From assembly GCF_006345805.1 (NCBI RefSeq), contig NC_043020.1:29698001-29762000 (forward strand): 64,000 nt of DNA, given 5' to 3'. The position numbers and the translations under genes were made by a program. Within the stretch, counting starts at the first letter, position 1, and the number at the start of each line of letters is the position of its first letter. Below the pieces are notes generated by a model that saw only the letters and a program-made list of their open reading frames with translations, was not told the DNA's origin and did not search any database. Positions 24,962 through 37,809 of this stretch are shown in pieces. The DNA comes from Octopus sinensis (taxonomy: Eukaryota).

Positions 24962-25135
24962 TTCTTTTACAGGTTTGTCATTTGACAACAGCCATGCTGG
25001 AGCACCGCCGTGAAGGGTTTTAGTCGAAGAAATCGATCCCAAGACTTATAAGCTTAGTACTTATTCTATCGGTCCTATTTGACGAACTGCTAGGTTACGA
25101 GTGACGTAAACACACCAACATCGGTTGTCAAGTGA
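24962..25135 (-). mobile_element. SINE family A1, 3' part, reverse orientation
   Basis: CCATGCTGGAGCACCGCC...AGTACTTATTCTATCGGTC...GTAAACACACCAACATCGGTTGTCAAG. Confidence 0.8.
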
Positions 25136-25159
25136 TATTAGGGTTTCAGCCGCAAAGAG

Positions 25160-25192
<33 letters not shown>

Positions 25193-25408
25193 GTCTTGTG
25201 TTCAAGAAGTTTGCTGCATATGACTTGGTTTAGGCACCCCCCCCCCAATGCTCAACCACTGTCAGGTTTTTTTTATAGTTGTTGGCTGACCAATTTCTTG
25301 AGTATAATTGGTTGATGGTAACTGTAAGAAGCCTGCCATGTCTGTCTGAACACACACACACACACAGCCACTCCTGCACCTATATATATATATATATATA
25401 TATATATA

Positions 25409-25815
25409 GGTGCAGGAGTGGCTGTGTGGTAAGTAGCTTGCTTACGAACCACATGATTCTGGGTTCAGTTTCACTGCATAGAATCTTGGAGAAGTGTCTT
25501 CTACTATAGCCTCAGGCCAACAAAACCCTTGTGAGTGGATTTGGTAGACGGAAACTGAAAGAAACCTGTCGTGTATATATATATATATATGTGTGTGCAT
25601 GTATGTTTGTGTGTGTGTGTGTTTGTCCCCCTAGCATTGCTTGACAACTGATGCTGGTGTGTTTATGTGCCCGTCACTTAGCAGTTCGGCAAAAGAGACT
25701 GATAAAATAAGTACTGAGCTTACAAAGAATAAGTCCCGGGGTTGAGTTGCTCGATTAAAGGCGGTGCTTCAGCATGGCCACAGTCAAATGACTGAAACAG
25801 GTAAAAGAGAAAGAG
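25409..25815 (+). mobile_element. SINE family A1, full length
   Basis: tRNA-like head, internal (TA)/(TG) microsatellite, tail ending GTAAAAGAG. Confidence 0.9.
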
Positions 25816-26954
25816 TATATATATAGGGGTCTGTGTTGCCCTTGTTGCAACATTTTTTGCTCTACTTTGAAACGATTGCCTTTCTTACAAATGCTATCAT
25901 TTGTTTACAATCTTCTGCCAAAAATATTTGTCTCTATTGAGGGTTAATATCACCTCACTTGTAAACAGGTGTTGGTGGCTGGAAAGGCATTCAAAAGCAG
26001 GAATCTGCTGCAGTTTCACCTGTGCCAACTAAACAGGGAGAGAAGACATTTGATCAATGCTGTGTATATTTAGATGGCCATGTTCGTGCGTGTGTGTGTG
26101 CCTATATATGTGTTCATGTGTAGGTGTGTTTATATGAGTGTGCAGATGTATATATATATATATATAAAATATTATTTGAGACAAAACCACTATTTTGCAA
26201 AACAAACATATATATATATATATATGCATGTACATCTATATAAATGCATATTGATTCCTCTGAGAGTGTGTGTGTGTGTGTGTGTGTATTTGGGTATGTG
26301 ACAGAGGTTTTCAGTGAGTTTCAATTCCCAGGTTTGATAAGTATTTTGTATAGCAGGTGGAAATGTCTGTTGTTATAATTAGAAACCTGCCATCTGTTGA
26401 CGACAATGACAGCAGAACTTTTGACAACACAGATTCACCCACTTTTCTGTTGCAGAGTTTGTGGTTATGGAGTGTCTGTTTACGGTGTAACCTCTGCTAG
26501 TATGGGAAAAACGATGTACAAATGATGCTGATGATGACATGCCTCAGTTTGTAACCCAACACCATCAGATACGGTTAACCCCACGTAACAACTGCTACCA
26601 CTAATGTGTTAATACCCCACTTAACGACAACTGAGCTACTGACCCACACCAACACACCACCCTGCCATGTGGGGTACCCAATTCAAGGAACTGATGTTGC
26701 TGGGTACATTATACATTTATTTGTACAACCTGCCACCAGAGTGGCAACAGCATTATACCAACACCTTGTCCAACAATGGGCCTGGGAATACAGTATCTGG
26801 TGTCACTTCTACAGCATTGACACCACATGACCTGAACTGACCAATAGAAGCCTAACCTCTTGGAAGCCGTCTTGAATTGGTCTTTTATCTTGCTCTCCTT
26901 CTGATATCTGACGATAACATGGATGCTGCTGACATACCCATGAAACATTTAAGT

Positions 26955-27302
26955 CATAAGGAGCTTATTATTGTCACTCCATCAGCTGTGATGACGAGGG
27001 TTCCATTTAATCCGAACAACCGAACAACCTGCTTGTGAAAAATAACATGCAAGTGGCTGAGTACTTCACAGACATGCGCAGCCCTTAATGTGGTTCTTGG
27101 GGAGATTCGGGATGACACAGAATGCGACAAGGCTGGCTCTTTTGAATTGCTGGTACAACTCAGTTTTGCCAGTTGAGTGAGCTGGAGCAATGTGAAAAAT
27201 AAAGTGTCTTACCCAAGGACACAATGTGTCACTGGGTATTGAACTCCTGACCTCATTACAATCATGAGCCAAATACCCGAACCACTAAGCCATGTGCCTT
27301 CA
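26955..27302 (-). mobile_element. SINE family D (tRNA head + CORE-like segment), reverse orientation
   Basis: Reverse complement reads GAAGGCACATGGCTTAGTGGTT...GAGTTCAATACC...TGTGTCCTTGGGTAAGACACTTTATT...CCAGCTCACTCAACTG. Confidence 0.75.
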
Positions 27303-28264
27303 CAAGTGCATGCATACACACACACACACATGCATGCATGTACATGGAAATGTGTGTGTATTTTTACTGTATGTGATAGAAAATTCAACAAAAAAGTACT
27401 CCATCTGCTGAGAGGTAAATATTATTTATTTAAAGGACTCAATACCTGTCCTTAAGTGCTACTAATAGTTTCTTCTCTTATTCAAATTTTTTTAGTTGTG
27501 ATGTGTGGTTTGTGCCTGATGAATATGTTTGGGGTATTTCTCAACATATGAAACTATTTGTAGCACTTAAACACATGTATTGTGTCCTTTAAATACATAG
27601 TATATAACCTCACAGTTTCTTTTACATCTGATCTTCCATGTTGGCTTGTCTTGGACAAAGATTTATTTGTGGCGGTATTTTTCTGGTCAGATACTGTTCC
27701 TATCACTAATCCACACCCGTGTTTCAAGTAAGGGATTCTTTTAGGGTCCTGAGGTTCTCTTATCCCTGCACCTGGTACATTTTGTAAAGTGGTTGATAAT
27801 AGGGAGGGCATCCGGTCATGGAAACCAAACCAAATAACATGTGCAAGTCTGTGGAAGCAGCAGCACCCAGGAGATCTCTTAGACCTTGGTGACCTGCCCA
27901 ACCAATGCCAACATGGGAAGCAGACTTCAAAAGGAAGAAATAACAATGCATTTTTAGCAGACATTATTCATACAGGATATTGTACAAAGAAAAATCTGAT
28001 AGTGAAATTGGTAACACACTTAACTCTCGACTTTGCTTATTGCAATCATTGTTAGTCTGTACAATTTATTGACAAGGAATGTTATCTGCTCTTCCTTTCT
28101 AAATCTAATCATATGCATAGATACACATATACACATACTGACACATGTGCAGAAAGAGACATAAAAACCCACATGCAGTTACACGGATACACACTATTAT
28201 AAATGTGTACACACACATGTACACAATGACAAATACTTTCAGATACAAACTGGTTCTGTTATAT

Positions 28265-28585
28265 CAGGAGTTCTCAACGATCTTTTATTTATGGACCCCT
28301 TTCGATTACTATGTTATTCAGTGGACCCCCGTAGCCATTCGAGGTTTAAAAACCAGTCTTATAGAAGCCTCTTTCAAAATTCCTATTTTGCTTTTCACAC
28401 ATAAACTTGTGCAGGTTGAATTATGTAAAATGGAAGAGAGAAAGAAACCTGGTCGTTTTGTGCAATACATACACCTAAAGCAACTTTTTTTTCGTTTACC
28501 CTTAAAATACTACTGTGGACCCAATTTACTGTTCTGTAGCATGGACCCCACAAAAATCTTATACGGACCATGGTCGAGAGCCACA
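28265..28585. mobile_element. hAT MITE, same family as 2130-2381, inverted
   Basis: CAGGAGTTCTCAAC...ATGGACCCC...GTAGCCATTCGA at the left end; degenerate GGTCGAGAGCCAC at the right end. Confidence 0.65.
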
Positions 28586-29967
28586 AACAAGCCTACATAC
28601 ACATTCCTGAATCCATAACCACACAAAGAGAAGCTTAGTAATTTGACAGACACACGTTTATCAAGATAAGCATCAAACTGAATTGAGTGCTGAGATCAAT
28701 ATGATTGGCTGCTTCCATCAAAGGAATGCTCTAACATGGTCATTGTCCATCACACACACAATCAAAATAATTTTTAAGCATTAAGACTAGAGCAATCCAT
28801 AAGGTCACTTAAACCATGGCTATTTTCTTCATGGATTGTAACATCTTAAAGGTTGCTTCATGTCACCTTGTGTGCACCTACAAGCTTGTAAAAATTAAAA
28901 ACTCTTTCTTTTCTTCAGCACATTTGCAGCCCAGCAGGGCTGCAAAGGGCCTTAAGCACTTGCAGCACAGCCCTGTCATCAGAACCTTTGCACACACACA
29001 GTCACTGCTGTAGAGGCTGGCATGTGTGTGTTGGTTAGACATTAAGTTTCCAATTCTCAGAACTGATGTGCATTCTGTATAACAAGTAAAAATGATGTCT
29101 GACCTGGAACTGCCGTCTGTTGGCAGTGGAATCAACAGACAATTTGACAGCTTAGCTTCATTCAGTGCTTTTGGGGATCACAGGAATAAAAGAAAAAAAT
29201 CCCTAACTTTAGAAACAGTTATGGTTTGGCAACGGGAAAAGCATCCAGCCGTAAAGTCCCTCTCTCCAACTCCTGATTAATAAAATTTAAAAAATTAACA
29301 CTAGACAAATGAAACTTTGTGTGTGTGTATATACATGTGTGTGTATATATATATGTGTGTGTGTGTGTGTGCATATATGTGTGTGTGTGTATATAATGAA
29401 TATATATATATATACACACACACACACACGTAATGTGTTATACTATGCTTACTTTAACATTCTATAACACTTTACGTGTGTGTGTAATGTGAGTATATAT
29501 ATACACACACACACACACGTATGTAATGTGTTGCAGAATGCTAAAGTAAGCATGGTATAGTCACCAGGTACAATACTATTGGACCACATTGCATAATATA
29601 CCTGGTTATGACACCAATCATCAGTTCTCTGAAACGGCTGTAAAGATGTGACTTGATTGCATCATTTATTTGTATATACAACTTTTCATGCAATTACATT
29701 CCTTATGCCTACTTTTGTTTTATCTTTTCTGCTTAGTCCTGGTGCCACGTAAAAAGTGCCAAATATACTCTTTGAAGTGGTTGGCATTTCAGAAACGCAT
29801 CCGGTTATAGAAACCATGCCAAAGCAGATATTGGAGCTTAGCATTGTCCTCTCACTCGTTGCCGGCTCTTATCAAACCATCCAACACTTGTCAGCATGGG
29901 AATAGACATCAAACAGCAATGATACATATATGTATATAATTTGTGTTAATTTACATTTAAACAAATT

Positions 29968-30140
29968 GCTGTTGTTTAGCCCAAGGTCAGTCCTAATCCA
30001 GGAGGCTTTTGCCACTCTGACTTCTTGTAATCAAAGACTGCATTGTCCAATGTATCACTCTTTATTTAAGACAACACAGTGTGGTTGAAGAGAGGTTTGG
30101 CTGCTATGTCTAACAGGCAGAGCAACTGCATTGAGACAGT
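29968..30140 (+). mobile_element. Interspersed repeat family E (class unresolved)
   Basis: GTTGTTTAGCCC-AGGTCAG-CCT-ATC...TTTGGCTGCTAT-TCTA-CAG; further copies at ~2915(-), 3745, 5728, 31822, 40880, 42490(-), 48695(-) and 49048. Confidence 0.65.
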
Positions 30141-30227
30141 GTTCAAATGAACATTGGACTTTTTCTCCTGCCATATTTTAGATTCGGAAATGTTCAAGCT
30201 TTTATTATTGTTATTATTTTTATGAAG

Positions 30228-30465
30228 CCCGGGTGATGAGTTGGTTAGACTCGTTAACATTGCGGAGTAAAATACTCAGTGGCATTCCATTTGTCTTTAG
30301 GTTCTGAGTTCAAATTCTACCATGGTTGACTTTGTCATTCATTCTCTCAAGGGTCAATAAAATAAGTACCGGTCAAAGTACTGAGGTCGATGTAATCAAC
30401 TTCCCCCTCCCCTCAAAGCAAAACAAAACAAAAAAACTGCTGGCCTTGTACCAAAATTTGAAAAC
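30228..30465 (+). mobile_element. SINE family B
   Basis: GTTCTGAGTTCAAATTC...GTTGACTTTG...GGTCAATAAAATAAGTACC...CCAAAATTTGAAA. Confidence 0.75.
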
Positions 30466-31289
30466 TGTTTTCATTAAACCTAATCTTATATTTTCTATTT
30501 TTAGCATCTTAAGACCCAAAATACACACACTCTCACACGTGTGTGTGTGTATGTGTACACATACACCTACTCGTGCACTGCTCACATATCTGGGACAACA
30601 GTGGCTGCCACACATGCTAACAATTCTATAGACCGCCTACTTAAGAAGGCCGTTTCTGACTGATTAACGAAGATTCACTACAGCCCAACAACAACTCTCT
30701 ACAACCACTAACTTAAAATACACCATCCTGCTCCCCCCCTCTCTCTATCACAATAGATTCTTCCCCACCAAACCAACTTGCTGCATACTTTCACCACCAA
30801 GATATACACCTAATATACACTTACATCTTCATTCTCTCACCCTACTTTTTGTCTTGCTTCCCAGATTCTGCACTCAGCACTCAGAGTTAATCCTTATTCC
30901 ACAGAATTTCATTCCCCCTCTCCCCACCACCACCACCACCATCTCTCTCTCTCTCACTCTCTCTCGCTCACTCTACCCTCTACCCCCACCACCACCACCA
31001 ATTCACATCTTCTCTTGCAGATGTTTGTTGACCTACAGAGGTTCCAAGTGAAATATCATAAGCACCAATGTCTGGAACTTGTAAAAACACTTGAGTAATA
31101 CATACACACATCTATATATATATATATAAGGTGTGTGTATGAATTGGCAAGTAGTTGTGTTGACAAACAATGAAAAAAGTATTCTACAGAAAGAATTTCT
31201 AGGGTTTGAAGAATCTGCAGCCTGGAATTCAATAACAATTCAAAAACCTTCATCTAACAATAATGACGTGTGTGTGTGTTTGTTTTAGC

Positions 31290-31645
31290 ATCCACTCATC
31301 CACTTTCCCCTGCTTACGTTATTTAGATGGAAATCGTTGAGTCAGATTCTCTACAGCTGGATGCCCTACCTGTCACCAACCCTCACCTGTTTCCAAACCA
31401 GGTAATATTTCCCCATGATCCGACCGATTTTCCATGGATGATTGGAAATGAATGACATTGCTTGTATGAACTGTCAGACAATGTCAAGAGAAGGAGACAC
31501 ACACACATTTGATGGGCTTCTTTCAGTTTCCATCTACCAAACCCACTCACAGAGCTGTAACAGAAGACACTTGTCAAAGGTGACATGCAGTGGAACTGAA
31601 CCCAGAACCACAAGGTTGAGAAGTGAAGTTCTTAACCTCATAGCA
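31290..31645 (-). mobile_element. SINE family A2, reverse orientation
   Basis: CTGGATGCCCTACCTGTCACCAACCCTCACC...GGGCTTCTTTCAGTTTCCATCTACC...ACTGAACCCAGAACC. Confidence 0.8.
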
Positions 31646-32171
31646 TACACACACACACGTATAGTTTTCCATAAGTTTATAATGGAAACCCTAAAATTAT
31701 ACCTTGTGTTGTTTGGCATTAGGAAGGGCCTCCAGCCATAGAAATGATCCCAAAGCTGATATTGGGTCATTGGACCTCATCAGAACATCCAGCCTATGTC
31801 AGCATGATGATAATGATGATGTTGTTTAGCCCTGAGCATTTGAGCCATGACCCTCCTGTCTTTTTAGAATCATTTATAGCTATATAATCCAATGTACTGT
31901 TTTTAACATGGTACTGTGATTTGAGAGAGATATCAGCAGCTATTTCTAGCAGAGTGAGTGGCTATGTAGCTGCTCCTTCATTTGCTCATGCTGTTCCTAC
32001 AGAATTGAACTGATGCAAAAATCCATCAAAATCTTATCTCAATCAACAGTAATTTCCTGTCTTGAAATCTTTGAGATGAATGAAACATTCGTTTTGTTCA
32101 TTTACCATTCCTATAATTTTTTTTTTTTTTCTATAGATCTCCAAATGTTGGTATTGCCTTCGCCTAAACCT

Positions 32172-32398
32172 TTAACCCTTTTCATTTTCATACCAGTCTG
32201 CCCTGGTTCTGTGATACAAACTTCTTATTTCAAAGTGATCTAATTTAAAACCTCTCTTTAAAATTTCGTGTTAATTTATGTGCCAAACACCAGATTAATA
32301 ATGACAAAGTTCTTTTACTAAATTCTTTATTTTTCTTCAAAATGAATTGATATAAAAGCAGTGTGTTGTCAACGGAAATGTTGTGACAAAAGCGTTAA
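32172..32398. mobile_element. piggyBac-like MITE
   Basis: TTAA-CCCTTTT ... GTGACAAAAGCG-TTAA: TTAA duplication with CCC/GGG-type ends (one mismatch). Confidence 0.6.
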
Positions 32399-32632
32399 GA
32401 CAGCCTTGGTTTTGTGATTTAGAAAAGGTGTGCACATTGATATGTTTGACATTTATTAGATTTCAAGTCAAAGTTGCCGAAAGACAGTCACGTTTTGAGC
32501 TACTTTCAATATCTTAAAATAACTTAATGTCATTGTTCAACTGACAATTATTACCTGAACTTGACCTCCCAAAAGGTTAACTTGACCCTATCGTGATTCA
32601 GACACGAAATAATAGAATTACGAATATATCGA

Positions 32633-32806
32633 GGCTTAGTAAGAAGCTTGCATTCCGGCCTCATGGTTCCTGGTTCAATCCCGGTACATGACACCTTGGG
32701 AAAGTGTCTTCTACTATAACCCTGGGCTGACTAAAGCCTTGTGATGACTTGGTAGATGGAAAAAGAAAAAAGCCCGCTACATGTATACATGTGCATGCAT
32801 TTGTGT

Positions 32807-32843
<37 letters not shown>

Positions 32844-32995
32844 GTCCCCTTGTCTTGGCATTGTATAATTGTTGTAAACATGCTCAGTTATAGGGAAATG
32901 TTACCTTACTTGAAAACAAATGAGAGTTAGTGACTGGAAGAGCATCTTGCTGCAGAAACTTGCTGCCTCATGCTAGCATTAAAATGATGATGATA
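32633..32995 (+). mobile_element. SINE family A2
   Basis: GGTTCAATCCC B box, CCTTGGGAAAGTGTCTTCTACTATA, (GAT)n tail. Confidence 0.75.
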
Positions 32996-33931
32996 TACAA
33001 ATTGACTCATGTACTTGAATTGTACTTTAGCAACATCACCTCCCCAAAAAGATTGAACGCAAACTTGGCATTGGCGGGTTTCGAACTCAAAACACAGACA
33101 ACCGGAACAAATATGCAAGGCATACCATCTGATGTTCTAATTACTCTGCCTATTTTGCCAGCAAAGAATTTAATTAGAACTGGAGAGCTGCCAATAATGA
33201 AGACTTGTTGCTAAAAAAAAATATCTTCATTCCTCAAGAGTACAACACATATGGAGGGAAGAAGACAAAGAACGTTTTGGGGGGGTGGGGGTTGGGGGTA
33301 GTTTTTATTAGTTCTGAGAAAATTATTGTGTAATGTACATTGTGATGAAAGAGTCATGGAAGCAATTCTTCAGTTGCAAAACTACCCTGAAATTGCCTCA
33401 CAGGTTAGAGACTCTGCTAGTTTGGAATCGTTCTTATTATTATTAGCCTTATTGTTAGCATCATGAGAACTGGAACAGTAGAACAAGAAAACGGTTGGAA
33501 ATTTGAAAGTGTAGGTGGCTAAATGGGCTGCAAGTGTAGATGTGTGCAACACGAATATATAAATGTCTGCTGTGGCACAGAAACCGTTTCTGTGTTAGAC
33601 AAAGTGCATGTCGTTTTGGTATTGGGTTACGAGCAGCTGATAAATTGGTGAGGTCATGTTCAGTGGCTTTATTAAACAGCACATTGTTTTGATGTTTTTT
33701 TTGTTTTGTCTTTTGCTTTTTGTTTTTAAACCTTATTTTAGAGTGAGAAAATATCTTAGCTTTTTATTTTATTTTTAATTCTTAAATGGCTGTCACGATG
33801 TCTTGTGGTTTGTTGCATTAATTGGACAGATGTATGATTCCTGGAATCACCCATCACCACTGCAACCACATGTCAACCAGTGTTTGTTTGTTTACATCCC
33901 TGTGCATAACTGTTCAACAAAAAGACCAATA

Positions 33932-33979
<48 letters not shown>

Positions 33980-34196
33980 GGAGAGAGGTAACATCAGTGC
34001 CAAGCAATGATTAAGAATAAATGAACTTTAGGTTTATTAAAATAAAAGCCAAATTCACTGTGGTTACCATGGAGAAAAAATTATCTCTTATGGTAAACAA
34101 ATTTTTTCTCCATGGTAGTAGATTCCCACATGTGGGTTTCTAATTCTTTAGCTGTCCTCAATAAATACACACACACACACCTAAAGTTTTTATATA

Positions 34197-34557
34197 CAGG
34201 TGCAGGAGTGGCTGTGTGGTAAATAGCTTGCTTATCAACCATATGGTTCCAGGTTCAGTTCCACTGCGTGGCACCTTGGGCAAGTGTTTCATATTTTCTT
34301 GTGAGTGGATTTGGTAGATGGAGATTGAAAGAAGCCTGTTGTATATATGTGTGTGTCTGTTTGTCCCCCACCATTGCTTGACAACTGATGCTGGTGTGTT
34401 TATGTCCCTGTAACTTAGCGGTTTGGCAAAAGAGACTGATAGAATAAGTACTAGGCTTACAAAGAATAAGTCCTGGGGGTCGATTTGCTCGACTAAAGGC
34501 AGTGCTCCAGCACGGCCACAGTCAAATGACTGTGACAAGTAAAGAGATAAAAGAGAG
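34197..34557 (+). mobile_element. SINE family A1 (short internal deletion)
   Basis: AGGTGCAGGAGTGGCTGTGTGG ... ACAAGTAAAGAG. Confidence 0.88.
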
Positions 34558-34881
34558 TCCCAGCATTTGGTCAGTGGGAATAAGTTATGTTAGAAGCTTA
34601 CAAGTAAAACATGTGGCTCCCATATTAAAGATGTTGTGGAGGAGGAGGAGGAGAAGGAGGCTGAGACAGACAGAGGGAGGTAGATAGGGGGGGGGCTGTT
34701 GCATCAGCAGATCATGTGACAACATAAATGTTTTCTTACCCTCGTACATTAGTTTATATTATGATAGAGGGAACTAAGAAAATCTAAATACTTTCTTCTC
34801 CATCTATTTTTGATGTAAGATTAACAGTCCAAAACATAAGATAATCTCTTGGTAATCTACTGGAGGCAAGACCACAGCTCC

Positions 34882-35233
34882 ATCATCATCATCATCATCA
34901 TTTTAATGTCCACTTTTCCATGCTGGAGCAGATGGAATTTGTTGAGGAAAATTTCCTACAGCCGGATGTTCTTCCTGTTGCTAACCCTCACCTGTCTCCA
35001 AGCAACGGGATATTTTCCCCATAGCTTGATAGATTTTTCACAGAAGACTGGAAACAAATGGCATCACTTGTACAAGGTTACTGCTCATTTCCATCTATCA
35101 TATTCACTCACAATGCTTTGATCAGCCTGGGGCTATAGTAGAAGATGCTTGTCCAAATTGCTCAGCAGTAGGACTGAACCCAAATCCACATGGTTCCTAA
35201 ATGAGCTTCTTAACCACACAGCCATACCTGCAC
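34882..35233 (-). mobile_element. SINE family A2, reverse orientation
   Basis: (CAT)n-TTTTAATGTCCACTTTTCCATGC ... CTTAACCACACAGCCATACCTGCACC. Confidence 0.8.
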
Positions 35234-36057
35234 CAAGTTGTTAAAAAAAAATAAAAATAAAGCTGGGGCAATAAAAAGTAAAAATCAGTGATCTCTGGAT
35301 GACAAATTCACTTGAGACAAAATTAAGACGGTATCCTTGTCATAAGCTTCTAAAAACCCTGTAAACATGTTGAAGCTATTTGTTAAATTAAGCTGGATCA
35401 CATTCCCTGTTCATATATTTATTTATTATATAAGCATTAGTTGATTTTTTTTTTTGTTATGGTTTCCTTATTTTTATTCCAGCTTTTTCCTGTATTACTT
35501 TAAGCTGAATATCATTTACCTCCCAACAAGATTTTGCTAACGTTTCTAATTAAAAGCAATTTAATAGTTTTCCTGTTCATACAGTCTTTGTCCAGGTTCT
35601 GCCTATTTAGTTGTTTCTCATCTGGTCTGAATTGTTCTCCTATTTGAATATGTATTACATTGTTCATGCATAACAAATAAGACGTTGGTTGGTAGCAGCC
35701 AACATCTAAGATAAGAAGCTGTAAGATGTAGGTTTCAAATGAGCGTGGCCATCACTGTGTAATTAACTTGTTGGCTCCCCGACCACGTAAATGTATTATT
35801 GAAGCATTGACTTACAGCCAAATGCCTTTCCTGTCACTAACCCTTGTGCTTTTAAAGTAAGGGATCTCTTATTTCAAAGATTTTTGAAGATGCGAAACCA
35901 GCAAACAATTTGTTGACAGACGAAATGGCAACATCATCATCACTTGGAACTCAGTGACTTTTTGGAGAAGCATGGTTGTAAGCACACTCACATCTGTTCA
36001 CATTCACACACACACACACACACACACACGTATATATGACAGAGAGCGAGTTCAAAT

Positions 36058-36200
36058 TTACTTTAAACAAAAGACGAAGACTGGTGAGGGAACAACAAGC
36101 AGGTGTATTAGGTTGATGCTCGGGAAGAATGGAAAAGTCTTTGACGTTTCGAGCCTACATTCTTCAACAAAAAGGGATGAGAGGAAAAAATGTGTAAGGA
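36058..36200 (-). mobile_element. Penelope-like element terminal fragment with hammerhead-like motif
   Basis: Reverse complement TTGTTGAAGAATGTAGGCTCGAAACGTCAAAGACT, homologous to 50069-50190. Confidence 0.6.
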
Positions 36201-36293
36201 TTAGCAGTTTAACATGATGAAACGACCGTAATATAATACAGGAAGAAACTGGAGTAAAAAATATGTAAACCATCGAAAATATCAACTTACCCT

Positions 36294-36355
<62 letters not shown>

Positions 36356-37111
36356 CACAGACACATGACAGGCTTTGATTGGACAGGAGTAATGGTAGAA
36401 GGCGGCAGGTGCCCAAGAGGCTGTGCAGTGAGATTGAATCCTAAACCACACGATTTAGTAATTAACCATACAGCCACACCTGTGTCAATATGTAATTTGA
36501 GGGGCATTCGACTACTATTTCTGATGACTTAAAAAATAACTGTATAGTTACTCATCCCTACTTTGATTTAGCCCAAGATAAGTTCCACATAACCAAAAAT
36601 AGTATTTCATGCTATAATTCTATCCCAACAGCTTCTTTTGAAAAATAATCTGAACGAGAATTTCTAGCAATTTTAAATTTTATTATTATTATTATTATTA
36701 ACAGGATTATTGCATGGTGTTGGTGTTATTAGCTCGTGATCATCTCTTATTAAGTCTACCCATGATATAGAAGCAGCTCTGTAAATAGTCAATATTTAGC
36801 TGCCAGTTCAACACACAAGATCCAATGTATTAGGATTACATGTTTCATCGACCCCCTGGAGGATTACAGTTAAGTCTGTACTTGCAGAACCAGAATCCTG
36901 ATTTAGTAATCTGAGCTAAAGAGGAACTTGACTCATTGTCATTCATCATCGACTTCAAGCCTGTGTCATGGATTTGGTTGCCTTTCTAAGTGGGTTTTGG
37001 TTTTCTGATATATTTATTTTAAGTGCTCAGCCTGCTTTTCCTTGAATTCTAACTTGCAATTCTCAAAACAATTTGTACAGTTACTGCTAAGGCAAATATG
37101 GTGACGCCTAA

Positions 37112-37151
37112 GCTTTGCTGATGAAGTCACAAGACTGAAACATGTATTGGA
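37112..37151 (+). ncRNA. Minimal hammerhead ribozyme-like motif (stem I decayed)
   Basis: CTGATGA-AGTC-ACAA-GACT-GAA-ACATGT-A; flanks homologous to the 42367-42407 copy. Confidence 0.55.
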
Positions 37152-37449
37152 TTGTCTCCCATCTTTGCCAAAATAATTAAAATATTATTTAATGACCATT
37201 TTTTTTTTTATTTACTTAATCTGCTTGGAAACAAGTGAGGGTTGGTAACCCTGTAGGACGTCCATAAAAACTCTGACCCATGGAAAAGTGGACATTAAAA
37301 GGATGATAATGAAATATTTTTCAGCAAATCTTTAATGTTCCTTGCACGACAACCTTATTTCCTATTTCTTAAATGCTCTTTCTCTCTGTCCCTTTTCTCC
37401 CTCTTTCTCTCTCTCTCTTTTGCTGTTTCTCTCTCTCTCCCTCTCTCAA

Positions 37450-37809
37450 TAGGTGTGGCTGTGAGGTAAAAAGTTTGCTTTCCAACCACATGGTTCCAAG
37501 TTCAGTCCCACTGCATGGCAACTGAGACAGTGCCTTTTACTATAGCCTCACAAAGCCTTGTGAGTGGATCTGGTTGACAGAAACTGAAAGAAGCCTGTCG
37601 TGTGTGTTTGTCTCCCACCACCACTTGACAACGGGTGTTGGTGGATTCACAATGTGTAACTTAGCAGTTCAGCTAAAGAAACTGATAGAATAAGTACCAG
37701 GCTTTACAGACACAACAAAGAAGCACTGAGGTTGGTTTGTTCAACTAAAATTCTTCAAAGCGATGCCCCAGCATGGCAGCAGTCTAATGACTAAAACAAG
37801 TAAAAGATA
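37450..37809 (+). mobile_element. SINE family A1
   Basis: GTGGCTGTGAGGTAA...GTTCAGTCCCACTGC...AAACAAGTAAAAGAT. Confidence 0.8.

Noticed and set aside
31010-31098. Acceptor TTCTCTTGCAG followed by ATG TTT GTT...
   Set aside because: No convincing donor before the stop codon and no family resemblance.
33279-33298. G-quadruplex candidate
   Set aside because: Simple G-runs are common in this window and nothing else supports a function.
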